Positions 22,258-35,019 of a stretch of 64,000 nt of DNA are shown one piece after another (the stretch's first letter is position 1; each line of letters opens with the position of its first letter). This DNA is from an uncultured Solirubrobacteraceae bacterium. GTDB taxonomy: Bacteria; Actinomycetota; Thermoleophilia; Solirubrobacterales; Solirubrobacteraceae. Under the pieces are notes generated by a model, which saw nothing but the letters and a program-made list of their open reading frames with translations, was not told the origin of the DNA and made no database searches. A program made the position numbers and the translations under genes. The DNA is taken from contig CAVRIU010000007.1 of the NCBI GenBank assembly GCA_963721315.1, forward strand, positions 79,215 to 143,214, written 5' to 3'.

Positions 22258-22410
22258 AAGTCAACGGCGGCAGTGAGGGGGTGGCGCTCGCAGCCGGATC
22301 GCGCACGAACGTCCGTGCATCGTGGCTATGCCGGTGCTGACGACGTTCGCGCGATCGAGCCGCCACCGCCACCCGACCCTCCCCTTCACCTGGCGCAGTT
22401 GACGTTACGC
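22258..22410. repeat. ~150-nt extended imperfect hairpin / long inverted repeat filling the convergent arsA-like / era gap
   Basis: Outer arms GTCAACGGCGGCAGTGAGGGGG (22262-22283) versus the reverse complement of CCCCTTCACCTGGCGCAGTTGAC (22383-22405). Inner arms GATCGCGC(AC)GAACGTC (22299-22315) versus GACGTTCGCGCGATC (22344-22358). Apical GCAT-N7-ATGC. Confidence 0.65.
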
Positions 22411-22417
22411 ACGCGCG

Positions 22418-23316
22418 TCACGTGATCCCGAGCCGGTCGAGCAGCGCGTCGTCCGCCCGCCACGACCGCCGCACGCGGACCGACAGGTCGAGGTGGACCC
22501 GCGCAGCCAGCTCGCGCTCCAGCTCGACCCGCGCGGCCGAGCCGATCGCCTTGATCATGCTGCCCGCCGCTGCCGATCAGGATCCCCTTCTGGGACTCGG
22601 TCTCGACCCAGAGCAGCGCGCGCACGGTGATCAGGTCGCCGCGGTCGGCGATCTCCTCGACCTGCACCTCGACCGCGTGCGGGATCTCCTGGCGCGTGCG
22701 GGCGAGCACCTGCTCGCGCACCAGCTCGGCCAGCACGACCGACTCGGGCTGGTCGGAGATCTCCTCGGCCGGGAAGAAGAACGGCCCGGGCGGCAGCAGC
22801 GCCGCGAGGTGGTCGACGAGCGGCGCGACGCCGTGGCCGGTGCGCGCCGAGACCGGGAAGACCTCGGCGTCGAGGTCGAGGTCGGCCGCCGCCTGCAGCG
22901 CCGCGACGGTGCGCGCGTTCGACGTGCGGTCGACCTTGTTGACGGCGATCACGACCGGCACCGCGCCGCCGCGCAGCGCGTCCGCGATCCAGACGTCGCC
23001 GGGCCCGCCGACGCCCTGGTCGCCGTTGAGCACGAACAGCGCCGCGTCGGCCTGCGCCAGCTCCTGCTCGACGCGGCGCTGCATGCGGCGCGGTCAGCTC
23101 GTCGCGCGGGCGCTGCACGCCGGGCAGGTCGGCCAGCACGATCTGCACGTCGTCGCGCGTCGCGACGCCGCGGATCGCGCGCCGCGTCGTCTGCGGCTTG
23201 TCGGAGACGATCGCGACCTTGCGCCCGACGATCGCGTTGACGAGCGTCGACTTGCCGACGTTCGGCCGGCCGGCGAGCGCGACGAAGCCCGAGCGCGTCG
23301 CGCCTAGCTCAGCCAC
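22418..23316 (-). CDS. era: GTPase Era; frame breaks ~23090 and ~22560
   Basis: [42 protein letters not shown] domain [17 protein letters not shown]. Confidence 0.92.
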
Positions 23317-23689
23317 GAGACGACCTCGGCCTGCAGCGCGAGCATCTCGCCCTCGTCGCGTCTCGTGGTCCATGCCGACGAGGTGCAGCACGCCGTGGAC
23401 GACCGCCTCGGCGAGGTCCTCGGTGTGCTCGGGGCAGATCACGACGTCGCCGAGCTCGCGCTCGCCGGCGACCGGCTCGGCGCCGTCGACCGGGAACGAC
23501 AGCACGTCGGTCGGGCCCTGCCTTGCCGCGGTGCTCGGCGTTGAGCGCGGCGATCTCGCCCGCGTCGACGAACGCGACCGCGACGTGGCCGTCCTCCACC
23601 CCGGCGGTCGCGGCCGCCAGCACGCAGGCACGGCGGACCCGCTCGGCGGGCAGCGCGTCGCCGAGCACCTCGACCTCCAGCGGGCTCAC
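23304..23689 (-). CDS. ybeY: rRNA maturation endoribonuclease YbeY; frame breaks ~23525 and ~23365
   Basis: [21 protein letters not shown] (H-x3-H-x5-H zinc motif). The GTG overlaps the phoH stop (GTGA 23686-23689). Confidence 0.9.
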
Positions 23690-24672
23690 GCCGGCCGGCG
23701 GCGGCTGTCCGCGCGGCGCAGCTCGGGCGCCTGGCGCGCCGTGTGCTCGTCGTAGGCCGCGACGATCCGCTGCACGAGCTTGTGGCGCACGACGTCCTCG
23801 CCGCCGAAGCGCACGAACTCGACGCCGTCGACGCCGGCGAGGATGTCGCCGACCACGACGAGGCCCGACTTCTGCTCGCGCGGCAGGTCGATCTGCGTGA
23901 TGTCGCCGGTGACGACCATCCTCGAGCCGAACCCGAGCCGCGTGAGGAACATCTTCATCTGCTCGGGCGACGTGTTCTGCGCCTCGTCGAGGATCACGAA
24001 CGAGTCGTTCAGCGTGCGGCCGCGCATGAAGGCCAGCGGCGCGACCTCGATCACGCCGCGCTCGAGGTGCGCCGAGACGCGCTCGGCGTCCATCATGTCG
24101 TGCAGCGCGTCGAACAGCGGGCGCAGGTAGGGGTCGACCTTCGCCATCAGGTCGCCGGGCAGGAAGCCGAGCCGCTCGCCGGCCTCGACCGCCGGGCGGG
24201 AGAGGATGATCCGGTTGACCTCGCGGCGCGCGAGCGCGGCGGTCGCCATCGCCATCGCGAGGAACGTCTTGCCGGTGCCGGCCGGGCCGATGCCGAACGT
24301 GATCGTCGAGCGCTTGATCGCGTCGACGTAGCGCTTCTGGTTGACCGACTTGGGCGCGACCTTGAGGTTGCGGTGGCGCCAGACGACGTCGTCGAGCACC
24401 TGGCTGGGCGACTCGGCCTGGTCGAGCACGCGCGCGACCGACTCGATCGTCGCCGGCCCGATCTCGTGCCCGCGCGCGACCAGCTCGGACAGCTCGCGCA
24501 CGACCGTGGCGGCGAGCTGCACCGCCTCGGCGTCGCCGTCGAGCGTGACGACGTTGCCGCGCAGGAAGATGTCGGCGCTGAGCTGCTCCTCGAGCGTCTT
24601 GAGGATCACGTCCTGCGCGCCGGCCAGCTCGGCCGCGACCTCGTTGGAGAGCTCGAGCTGCCGTCGTGCCAC
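23686..24672 (-). CDS. phoH: PhoH-family ATPase (intact)
   Basis: Intact 328-aa ORF with NQKRYVDAI, FGIGPAGTGKTFLAMA, LSRPAVEAGERLGFLPGD, FVILDEAQN, MVVTGDITQIDLP. Confidence 0.95.
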   Translation of the reverse strand: MARRQLELSNEVAAELAGAQDVILKTLEEQLSADIFLRGNVVTLDGDAEAVQLAATVVRELSELVARGHEIGPATIESVARVLDQAESPSQVLDDVVWRHRNLKVAPKSVNQKRYVDAIKRSTITFGIGPAGTGKTFLAMAMATAALARREVNRIILSRPAVEAGERLGFLPGDLMAKVDPYLRPLFDALHDMMDAERVSAHLERGVIEVAPLAFMRGRTLNDSFVILDEAQNTSPEQMKMFLTRLGFGSRMVVTGDITQIDLPREQKSGLVVVGDILAGVDGVEFVRFGGEDVVRHKLVQRIVAAYDEHTARQAPELRRADSRRRPA

Positions 24673-25114
24673 TAGTGCAGCGCTTCCTTGACCTTCGCCG
24701 AGACCTGCCTGCCGTCGGCGCGCCCGCCGGCGGCCGCCATCACGTGCTTGATCGCCTTGCCCATGTCGCGCGGCTCGGACGGCGCCGGTCTCGGCGATCG
24801 CGCGCGCGACCAGCGCGTCGAGCTCCGCGTCGTCGAGCTCCGCGCGGGAGGTAGGCCTCGATCAGGCCCGCCTCGTAGGCCTCGGCGTCGGCGAGGTCGG
24901 CGCGGCCGGCGTCGCGGTAGGCCGCCTCGGACTCGCGCCGGCGCTTGCGCTCGCGGCGCAGCACGGCCTGCTCGTCGGCGCCGCCGTCCTTGGCGGCCTT
25001 CTGCAGCTCTGACAGCACGAGCCGGAGCGCGCCGACGCGGTCGCGGTCACCCGCCTTCATCGCGGTGGCCACGTCGCTCTTGATCTGCTCGGCGAGATCC
25101 AAGTCGCGTCCCAT
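24672..25114 (-). CDS. yqeY: GatB/YqeY domain-containing protein; frame breaks ~24850 and ~24780
   Basis: LAEQIKSDVATAMKAGDRDRVGALRLVLSELQKA, RRESEAAYRDAGRADLADAEAYEAGLIEAYLP, ...DMGKAIKHVMAAAGGRADGRQVSAKVKEALH. Confidence 0.85.
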
Positions 25115-25128
25115 TCTACGATGCGCGC

Positions 25129-25469
25129 GTGACGGCGAGCGCCCGCAGGCTGGAGGCCCTGCCCGCGCGCGAGCTGGCGGGCGGGCTGCGCATCGCGCGG
25201 GCCGAGCGCCGCGCGGACCGCCTGCAGGGGCTCGCGCAGCTCGACGCGATGCCGCCCGCGCTACGCGCTGCACCTCCCGCGCTGCCGCTCCGTGCACACG
25301 TTCGGGATGCGCTTCGCGCTCGACCTGATCTGGCTCGGCCGCGACGGGCGCCCGGTGCGCATCGACCGCGCCGTTCCGCCGCGGCGGCTGAAGCTCTGCC
25401 TCGCGCGCCCGCTCAGTCGTCGAGGCGCGCGCCGGCGCCGCTGACGACTTCATCGCCGCCGGCCTCTGA
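25129..25469 (+). CDS. DUF192 domain-containing protein; frame breaks ~25262 and ~25400
   Basis: ...LHLPRCRSVHTFGMRFALDLIWLGRDGRPVRI...ARSVVEARAGAA is readable after two frame switches. Confidence 0.6.
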
Positions 25470-26779
25470 GCTCCCGGTCCCGCCCGCGCTCTGCTCGCCG
25501 AGGCCGGGCGGATGGCCGAGCTGCCCCAGCTCGGCCGAGTCGCGCCCGAACAGCAGGCCCGTCGTCCAGTCCGTCACGAGGCGCGCGCGCCGCGCCGTCC
25601 CCGGCATCAGCGCCAGGTGATAGGTGCGGGCGAGGAACCACGCCGGGAAGCCGCGCCACTTGATCCCGAGCGTGCTGGCGACGGCCTGGTGGCGGCCCAT
25701 GTCGACGAAGACGCCGAGCGTGCGGTAGCGGAACGGGCGCCGGCGCTGCGGCTCCCCGGCGAGCGCGTGCGCGACGTTGTCGGCGACCACCTTGGCCTGG
25801 CGCAGCACGTGCTGCGCGGTCGGCGGTGACGGCATGCCCTTGCGCGCGGGATCGGGCACCGCGGCGGCGTCGCCGATCGCCCAGACGCCGGGCCGGCCCG
25901 CGACGGCGCAGAAGCGGTCGGCCACGATCCGGCCGCCGTCGTCCAGCGGCAGCCCGAGCCGCGCCACGACCGGGTGCGGCTTGACGCCGGCGGTCCAGGC
26001 GACCGTGCGCGTCGGCACGATCTCGCCGGTCGAGAGCTCGACCGAGTCCGGGCCGACGCGCTCGATCGTCGTGCTCGTGCGGATCTCGATCCCGCGCCGG
26101 CGCAGCTCGGCGGTCGCGAACGCTGCGAGGTCGGGCTGGATCTCGGGCATCACGCGGTCCTTCGCCTCGACGAGCAGGAAGCGCAGCCCGTGCAGGCGGG
26201 AGCGCGGGTAGCGCTGCGACGAGGTCGGCGGCGAAGTCCTGCATCTCGGCCGCTCCCTCGAGCCCGGCGTAGCCCGCGCCGACGAAGACGTAGGTCAGCA
26301 GCGCGGCGCGCGCGGCGTCGTCGGGCTCGAGCTCGGCCTGCTCGAGCGTCTGGATCAGCCGGTTGCGCAGCGCGATCGCCTCCGGCAGCGTCTTGAAGCC
26401 CGAGCGCGTGCTCGGCCAGCCCCGGGATCGGCAGCGTCCGCGAGGTCGACCCGAGCGCCACGATCAGCTGGTCGTAGCCCAGCTCGGTCTGGCGGCCGCC
26501 GAGCGAGCGCACCTGCACGACACGCCGCCCGGGATCGGCCCCGAGCACGGTGCCGATGTGCAGCTCGGTCCGGCTCAGCTGCTCGCGCAGCGGCACGACC
26601 ACGTGGCGCGGCTCGAGCGTGCCCGCGGCCGCGCCCGGCAGCAGCGGCGTGTAGAGCATGAAGTTGACGTCGTTGACGAGCGTGACCTTCGCGGACTGCG
26701 GCGCGAGCTTGCGTTCCAGGTGCCGAGCGGCGGTCAGGCCGCCGAAGCCACCGCCGAGGATGAGGACGTCGTGGGCCAT
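25413..26779 (-). CDS. ndh: type II NADH dehydrogenase (NDH-2); frame breaks ~26400 and ~26220
   Basis: MAHDVLILGGGFGGLTAARHL, YTPLLPGAAAG, FVGAGYAGLE, VWAIGDAAAVP, PPTAQHVLRQ. Confidence 0.9.
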
Positions 26780-26790
26780 CCCGCGCGAGG

Positions 26791-27667
26791 CTATCCGGTG
26801 GTCAGCAGCAGCGCGGCCCACTCGCCGCCGTGCCGGCGATCCGCCTCGCGCAGCCCGCGTGCGGCGAACGCGGCGGCGACCTCGTCGGCCTCTTCGCGCA
26901 GCAGGCCCGAGACGATCAGCTGCCGCGGCGGCTCGGTCATCACGGTCGCGACGTCGAGCAGCAGCGGCCGGACGAGGTTGGCGACGACGGTCGGCGCCCA
27001 CGGCCCCGCGGCGCGGCGCAGGTCGACGCGCTCGACGGCGATCTCCGGCACGCCGTTGACGATCGCGTTCGCGCGCGTGGCGTCGAGCGACGCCGCGTCG
27101 AGGTCGCAGGCGAGCACCGGCTCCCAGCCGAGCCGCGCCGCCGCGATCGCGAGCACGCCGCTGCCACAGCCCCAGTCGGCCAGCGCGCCCGGCCGGCTGC
27201 GGCGGTCATCGCTTGGGACGCGGCCGCGCCGCGCAGGTCCTCGCCGTCGGGGGCCAGCGGAGCATCAGCTCGAGACACAGCCGCGTCGTGTGGTGGGCGC
27301 CGGTCCCGAACGCCTGCCCGGGGTCGATCACGAGGTCGATGACGTCGCCGGCGGCCGCCGCCTCCCACGGCGGGCGCACGCGCAGCCGGTGGAAGCGCCA
27401 GCTCACGTCGACCGGCCGGTGGAATGCCTTCCAGCGCTCCGCCCAGTCGTCCGGGACCTCGGACGTCGACACGTCGACCAGCGCGTCGCCCGCGGCGGCG
27501 CGCAAGTCCGGCAGCGCCGGCAACTCGCCCGGCGCGCCGTAGATCACGTACTCGATGCCGTCGCCGTCGAGCTCGCGCTCCTCAAGGCCGCCGGGGGCCA
27601 GCTCGAGCAGCTCGGCGAGCACGGTCTCCGCGTCGTCGCGCGCGACGCGGATGGCGAGCCGTATCAC
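26791..27667 (-). CDS. prmA: PrmA-like (ribosomal protein L11) methyltransferase, copy A; about 2 frame breaks near 27190-27260
   Basis: [80 protein letters not shown]. The GTG overlaps the copy-B stop (GTGA 27664-27667). Confidence 0.8.
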
Positions 27668-28493
27668 TCGCGCACCAATACGACCGCGGCCCACTCCCCT
27701 TGAACGCGGCGCTCCGCCTCGCGCAGGCCGTGGTGGGCGAACGCCTCCCCCACCTCGCCGGCACGCTCGGCCAGCACGCCCGAGGCGATCAACCGCTCGG
27801 GCGGGCGCTGCATCACGTCGGCGGCGATCGCTGCCAGCAGCTCGACCGTCAGGTTCGCTGTCACGGTCGGCGCCCACGGCGCGGGCGACGCGGCCAGGTT
27901 GAGCCAGTGCGTGCGGACGCTCACGCCGTTCGCGGCGGCGTTGCGCGCGATTGCCTCGAGCCCGTCGGGCATCACCTCGACGGCGGCGACCGGTCCGAAG
28001 CCCAGACGCGCGGCGCACGACGGCGAGGATCCCGCTGCCGGCGCCCCAGTCACACAGCGCGCCGTCCGGGTTCGCCGCCAGCAGCAGCTCCAGGCAGAGC
28101 CTGGTCGTCGGATGCGTGCCCGCGCCGAACAACTCGCCGGGATCGATCACGACCTCCGGTCGCCTCGCTGGCCGGCACCCAGGGCGGACGGATCCGCAGC
28201 CGGCGCCCGCCGGCGGCGATCTCGACCGGCTGCACGTACTCGTGCCAGCGTCGCTCCCAGCCGGGTGCGACATCGGTCAGCGACACATCGATCAGCGCGT
28301 CGCCGGCGAGCGCACGGACGTCATCGAGCGCGGGCAGCTCCGCCCGCGGTGCGTAGACCGCGTACTCGACCTCGTCCTCGGCCGGCTCGGTCTCCTCGGC
28401 CCCGGCCTGCAAGATCGGCAGCAGCGCCGCGAGCGCGAGCTCCGCCTGGGCGCGCCGGACGCGGATCCCGAGCCGCACGACCGGAGTAGTCAC
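27664..28493 (-). CDS. prmA: PrmA-like (ribosomal protein L11) methyltransferase, copy B; about 2 frame breaks (~28160, ~28030)
   Basis: [70 protein letters not shown]. The GTG overlaps the dnaJ stop (GTGA 28490-28493). Confidence 0.8.
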
Positions 28494-29620
28494 CCCGCCA
28501 GCGCGCGCTTCAGCTTGGCGAGCATCCCCTCGTCCGCTGCCATGTTGCCATCGGTCAGCGACTCCGCGAGGCGCTCGAGCAGGTCGCGCTGAGCGCGGCT
28601 GAGCTTGCGCGGGATCACGACGTTGACGTGCACGTGCAGGTCGCCCGTGCGCCCGCGCTGCAGCGGCGGCAGGCCGCGCGAGCGCAACGTGATGATCTCG
28701 CCCGGCTGCGTGCCGGCGGGAACCTCGACCGCGATGTCGCCGTCCAGGCTCGGCACCTGCACGGTGGTGCCGAGCGCCGCCAGCGGCGCCGCTACGTCGA
28801 TCACCGTGTGCAGGTCCTCCTGGTCGCGCACGAAGCGCGCGTCCTCGCGCACGCGGATCGTCACGTAGAGGTCGCCGTTGGGTCCCCCGCGGTGGCCGAC
28901 GTGGCCGCGACCGCTGAGCCGGATGCGCTGACCGTCGGCGATCCCGGCCGGGATGTCGACGTGCAGCGTGCGCGACTCGTGCAGCCTGCCCTGGCCGGCG
29001 CAGGTGGAGCAGGGACGCTCCGGCACGCGACCGTCGCCACCGCAGACGTCGCACACCGCGGACCGGACGAGCTGGCCGAAGCGCGTGCGCGAGACGGCCT
29101 GCAGCTGGCCGGAGCCGTGGCAGCGCGTGCATGTCACGATCGGCGTGCCGGGCTCGGCGCCGTTGCCGTGGCAGGTGCCGCAGCGCACGTCCGCGTCGTA
29201 GCTGACCTCGACGGTCTCGCCGCGCGCGGCCTGGGCGAGATCGATCGCGACCGCGACGACGACGTCGGCGCCCTGCATCTGCCCGCCGCGGCCGCGGCCG
29301 CCGCCGAACGCGCCGTCGAAGCCGCCCGACCCGAAGAACGCGGAGAACAGGTCCGAGACGGAGCCGAACCCCTCGAAGTTGGGCGCGTATCCGCCGCTGC
29401 GCAGGCCCTCGTGCCCGTAGGCGTCGTACTGGCGCCGGCGGCCGGGGTCCGAGAGGATCTCGTAGGCCTCGGCGGCCTCCTTGAACTTGTCCTCGGCCTG
29501 GGGGTCTTCGGTGTTCGTGTCGGGATGCAGCTCGCGCGCGAGCCGCCGGAAGGCCTTCTTGATCTCGGACTCGTCCGCGGCCCGGCCGACGCCGAGCACC
29601 TCGTAGGCATCGCGTGGCAT
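28490..29620 (-). CDS. dnaJ: molecular chaperone DnaJ (intact)
   Basis: Intact 376-aa ORF with J-domain DAYEVLGV...LARELHPD, a G/F region, and four CxxCxGxG repeats ([32 protein letters not shown]). Confidence 0.96.
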   Translation of the reverse strand: MPRDAYEVLGVGRAADESEIKKAFRRLARELHPDTNTEDPQAEDKFKEAAEAYEILSDPGRRRQYDAYGHEGLRSGGYAPNFEGFGSVSDLFSAFFGSGGFDGAFGGGRGRGGQMQGADVVVAVAIDLAQAARGETVEVSYDADVRCGTCHGNGAEPGTPIVTCTRCHGSGQLQAVSRTRFGQLVRSAVCDVCGGDGRVPERPCSTCAGQGRLHESRTLHVDIPAGIADGQRIRLSGRGHVGHRGGPNGDLYVTIRVREDARFVRDQEDLHTVIDVAAPLAALGTTVQVPSLDGDIAVEVPAGTQPGEIITLRSRGLPPLQRGRTGDLHVHVNVVIPRKLSRAQRDLLERLAESLTDGNMAADEGMLAKLKRALAG

Positions 29621-29624
29621 GGCG

Positions 29625-30638
29625 TCAGTCGGCGTCGTAGATGTCTTCGACGAAGCGCGACAGCTGCAGCGCCGCCGTGCGCACCGCCCCGATCGCCGTC
29701 CCGTAGTCCATCCGCGTCGGCCCGATCACCGACACCGTGCCGAGATTGCGCTGCGGCAGCCCGTAGTTGGCCGCGACGAGCGACAGCCCGCGCAGCGCGG
29801 GCGCCTCGTTCTCGCCACCGATGCGCACGTAGAGCTCGCGCTGGTCGAGCGCCGCCGAGAGCACCCCGAGCATCGAGACGCGCCGCTCGAGCAGCTCGAG
29901 CAGCTCGTTCAGCTGGGAGACGTCCTGGAAGCGGTGCTCGGCCAGCAGCCGCGCCGTGCCCTCGACGTAGAGCGAGTCCCCGGCCGTGGCGGCGAGGTCG
30001 GTGAACGCCGGCGCCAGGCCCTCGAGGAAGCGGCGCTCGGTCAGCGGCAGCGTCGGATCGGTCAGCCGCGAGCGCAGCGTGCGCGCTCCCAGGCCCTTGC
30101 CGACCAGCGCCTCGTTGAGATACGCGGCGGCCCAGTCGGCGAGACCGGCGTCGACGGGCCGCTCGTAGGTGAAGACGCGCTTGGAGACGCCACCGGTGGA
30201 GGTGATGATCACGACCATCAGCACCTGCGGCTGGAGCAGCAGGACCTCGATGTGGCGGATCGTCGTGGTCTGGATCGGCGGCGCGGACACGATCGACATC
30301 AGGTCGGTCACCTGCGCGAGCGTCTCCGACGTCAGCCGCAGCGCCTCGTCGACCTCGCGCCGGGCGAGCTCCAGCGTCATGTCCGCGCGCGCCGGCTCGG
30401 GCAGCAGGCGGTCGACGTAGTAGCGGTAGCCGGCGTCGGTCGGCGCGCGCCCGGCGGACGTGTGCGGATGCGCGAGCAGCCCGAGCTCCTCGAGCACCGC
30501 AAGCTCGTTGCGGATCGTCGACGGCCCTGCGCTGATCTCCGGGTCGGCCGCGAGCGCCTTCGATCCGACGGGCTGACCGGCCGCCGCGAAGCCGTCGATC
30601 ACCTTGGCGAGCAGCAGCTCCTGGCGCGGCGTGAGCAC
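29625..30638 (-). CDS. hrcA: heat-inducible transcription repressor HrcA (intact)
   Basis: Intact 337-aa [20 protein letters not shown]...PVGSKALA...[39 protein letters not shown]. Confidence 0.95.
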   Translation of the reverse strand: MLTPRQELLLAKVIDGFAAAGQPVGSKALAADPEISAGPSTIRNELAVLEELGLLAHPHTSAGRAPTDAGYRYYVDRLLPEPARADMTLELARREVDEALRLTSETLAQVTDLMSIVSAPPIQTTTIRHIEVLLLQPQVLMVVIITSTGGVSKRVFTYERPVDAGLADWAAAYLNEALVGKGLGARTLRSRLTDPTLPLTERRFLEGLAPAFTDLAATAGDSLYVEGTARLLAEHRFQDVSQLNELLELLERRVSMLGVLSAALDQRELYVRIGGENEAPALRGLSLVAANYGLPQRNLGTVSVIGPTRMDYGTAIGAVRTAALQLSRFVEDIYDAD

Positions 30639-30649
30639 ACGGGTGATTC

Positions 30650-30682
30650 TAGGAGCCTGCTCCGTTCCGGAGCCGGCGACTA
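30650..30682. other. imperfect inverted repeat / hairpin in the 41-nt gap between the MaoC-like gene and hrcA
   Basis: TAGGAGCCTGCTCCG-TTC-CGGAGCCGGCGACTA (12/15 arm matches, perfect core GCTCCG-TTC-CGGAGC). It does not match the CIRCE consensus. Confidence 0.5.
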
Positions 30683-31063
30683 GGAGAGGTCCAATTCCGC
30701 AACGCCGCGGCGCACGAGGCGCCTGTCGCCCTGACGTGCCTCGGTGTCGATCAGCGCGCTCCTGCCCGACAGCTCGCGCACCTTCGAGCTCACGACGACC
30801 TCCTGCTCGGGCACGCCCATGCCGCGGAACTGCACCGACAGGCGCTTGAGGCGGTCGGGGCCGCCGGCCGCCTCGGTCTGCGCGCGCGCGACCTGCGCCA
30901 TGGTCCAGAGCCCGTGCAGGATCCGCCCCGGGAGGCCGACCGAGCGGGCGAAGTCATCGTCGACATGGATCGGGTTGAAGTCACCCGAGGCGCCGGCGTA
31001 GCGCACGGTCAGGTAGCGGTCCGGCGTGACCTTCAGCTCCGGCAGCTGCTCGTCGGGCTGCAT
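30680..31063 (-). CDS. MaoC-like (R)-specific hydratase/dehydratase, HadB-like hot-dog subunit (intact)
   Basis: YAGASGDFNPIHVDDDFARSVGLPGRILHGLWTMA (hydratase-2 motif). The ATG at 31063 shares one base with the upstream stop (TGATG); a TTG at 31066 is an alternative start. Confidence 0.85.
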   Translation of the reverse strand: MQPDEQLPELKVTPDRYLTVRYAGASGDFNPIHVDDDFARSVGLPGRILHGLWTMAQVARAQTEAAGGPDRLKRLSVQFRGMGVPEQEVVVSSKVRELSGRSALIDTEARQGDRRLVRRGVAELDLS

Positions 31064-31490
31064 CAATCACCTCTCACGATGCAGGTCCAGGTACCCGTGC
31101 AGACGCGCTCGCCTCGCCCGTTGTCCGACCGCGACTCGAACACGTAGAAGCCCATGCCGCCGCGCTCGGAGACGCTGGTCAGCTCGACCTCCGTCACGAT
31201 CTCGTCGCCGGCGATCACGAGCGGCCCCCACACGAACTCCTGCCCGCCGTGGACCATGCGGGCGAAGTCCATCCCGACCGCCGGATCCAAGAACGCGGGG
31301 CCGATCGCGGGCGCCGTGTACACGACCGCGAACATCGGTGGCGCCACGAGGTCGGCGTGCCCGGCCCCACGCGCGACCTCGAGGTCGGAGTGCAGCGGGT
31401 CCGTCTCACCGACGGCGGCGGCGTACTCGCGGATCTTCTCGCGCCCGACCGCGTAGGAGACGGGCGCGAAGACCTTGCCGACGGCGCTGC

Positions 31491-31494
<4 letters not shown>
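31063..31494 (-). CDS. MaoC-N / HadA-like hot-dog dehydratase subunit (intact)
   Basis: [31 protein letters not shown]...PPMFAVVY...VHGGQEFVW. The GTG overlaps the lepA stop (GTGA 31491-31494). Confidence 0.8.
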
Positions 31495-33304
<1,810 letters not shown>

Positions 33305-33312
33305 CGGCGGGA

Positions 33313-34926
33313 CTAGATGCTACGAGGGCCCCTGCGGCTGAACAGGTCGCGGATCTGGCGCGCCTCGGGCAGCCCGCTGCGCAGCATCACCGCCGCGTAG
33401 GCGAGCGCGCCGAGCACGAGCGCGAAGCCGACCGACACGAGCTGCGCGGGCAGCGAGCGCCCGAGCAGCTCGTCGAGCCCGTACCAGGTGCCGTAGGCGA
33501 CCGCGGCGAGCAGCGCGGCGGCGGCGATCATCAGCGCCGCGGCCCGCAGCGTCCGGGTGACTTCCAGGCCGCCCAGCTCCTGGCGCAGGCGGCGGCCCTC
33601 GAGCAGCGCCAGCACCACGTTCGAGACGGTCGTGCCGATCACGATGCCGCCGATTCCGAGCGGCTCGTAGAGCGCGAGCGACACGACGGCGTTGACGAGC
33701 AGCGACCAGATCGCCAGCTGCGTCGGCAGCCACGGGCGCTGGAGCGAGAAGAAGCTGCGCGTGAGCAGCAGCGTGATGCCCGAGAACGGCAGCGAGAACG
33801 CGAACCAGAACAGCGCCTCGCTCACCTGTCGCGTCGAGTCGGCGTCGAACTCGCCGCGCTCGTAGACGAGCCGCACGATCGGCGTCGCGAGCGCCGCGAA
33901 CGCCGCGGCGCTGGGGATCAGCAGCAGCGCGATCTGGCGCATCCCGGTCCCGATCAGCGTTTGCAGGCCGGCCAGGTCGCGGCGCGTCGCGAGCCGGCTG
34001 AGCGCCGGGAACAGCACCGTCGCGACCGCGACCGAGAACATTCCCTGCGGCAGCATGTAGAGCCGGAACGCGGCGTCGATCGCGGTCGGCGCCTCCTCGG
34101 AGACGAGGAAGCCGATCGTCGAGTTGATCAGCAGGCTCACGTTGATCAGGCCCAGCCCGAGGCTGACCGGCAGCATCAGCGCCAGCACCTGGCGCACGCG
34201 CGGGTCGTGCCGGAACGCGAACGAGACGCGCAGCGGGTAGCCGATCCGGCGCAGTTGCGGCAGGCACATCACGAGCTGCACCGTCGTGCCCGCCAGGACC
34301 CCGATCGCGTAGCCGTAGAGCTGCTCGTCACCCTCGAACAGCGGCGTGAGGCCGACCAGGCCGACGATGATCACGAGGTTCCAGACGAGCGGCGCGAGCG
34401 CCGGGATCGTGAAGTGCTCGTGCGCGTTGAGGATCCCGACTACGAGGCCGTTGAGCCCGAGCAGGACGACGATCGGGAACAGCACCTGGCTGAGCCCGAC
34501 GGTCAGGTCGTCGAGCAGCGGCGTCGACTCGTCGCCGGTCAACAGCGGCATCAGAACGGGGGCGAGCAGGATGAACGCGAGCGTCACGGTGCCGAGCACG
34601 ACCAGCAGAAGGCCGGCGAGCGCCGCGGCGAGCTGCAGCGCGTCGCGCCGCCGCTTGTTCTCCAGCAGCTCTGAGAAGACGGGGACGAACGCGGACGAGA
34701 GCGCCGCATCCGCGACGAGCGCGCGGATCAGGTTGGGCACCTGGAAGGCGAGCGTGAACGCCGACATCGCGCCGGAGGTGCCGAACATGCTGCGGGCGAC
34801 GATCTCGCGCGCGAGGCCCGCGACGCGCGAGAAGCCGGTCAGCACCGAGAAGATGACGGTGTTGCGAGCCCGGCCGGAGCGCGCTGGGGTGGCGCCGGAC
34901 GAGCGCTCTGTCGCGCCGCGCCGCAC
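33313..34926 (-). CDS. murJ: lipid II flippase MurJ (intact)
   Basis: Intact 537-aa polytopic ORF with [70 protein letters not shown]. Confidence 0.9.
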   Translation of the reverse strand: MRRGATERSSGATPARSGRARNTVIFSVLTGFSRVAGLAREIVARSMFGTSGAMSAFTLAFQVPNLIRALVADAALSSAFVPVFSELLENKRRRDALQLAAALAGLLLVVLGTVTLAFILLAPVLMPLLTGDESTPLLDDLTVGLSQVLFPIVVLLGLNGLVVGILNAHEHFTIPALAPLVWNLVIIVGLVGLTPLFEGDEQLYGYAIGVLAGTTVQLVMCLPQLRRIGYPLRVSFAFRHDPRVRQVLALMLPVSLGLGLINVSLLINSTIGFLVSEEAPTAIDAAFRLYMLPQGMFSVAVATVLFPALSRLATRRDLAGLQTLIGTGMRQIALLLIPSAAAFAALATPIVRLVYERGEFDADSTRQVSEALFWFAFSLPFSGITLLLTRSFFSLQRPWLPTQLAIWSLLVNAVVSLALYEPLGIGGIVIGTTVSNVVLALLEGRRLRQELGGLEVTRTLRAAALMIAAAALLAAVAYGTWYGLDELLGRSLPAQLVSVGFALVLGALAYAAVMLRSGLPEARQIRDLFSRRGPRSI

Positions 34927-34975
34927 GCTCTGCGCGAGCGGCGTCGCGCTCTTCGTCCGTCCGCATCCAGCGCGC

Positions 34976-34981
34976 TATAGT
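34976..34981 (+). promoter_or_regulatory. candidate -10 element TATAGT upstream of rpsT
   Basis: TATAGT lies 39 nt upstream of the rpsT ATG in otherwise GC-rich sequence. No convincing -35 element is present. Confidence 0.3.
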
Positions 34982-35019
34982 ACGCGCCCGCCGCGGCCCC
35001 AGTCGCGGCGTCTCTGCGT

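Noticed and set aside
30639-30690. Expected CIRCE operator (TTAGCACTC-N9-GAGTGCTAA) upstream of hrcA-dnaJ.
   Set aside because: The only inverted repeat there (TAGGAGCCTGCTCCG-TTC-CGGAGCCGGCGACTA) matches CIRCE at about half of the positions and has the wrong spacing. It is more simply a hairpin after the MaoC-like gene. I noticed no GCACTC/GAGTGC pair with N9 spacing elsewhere in the window.
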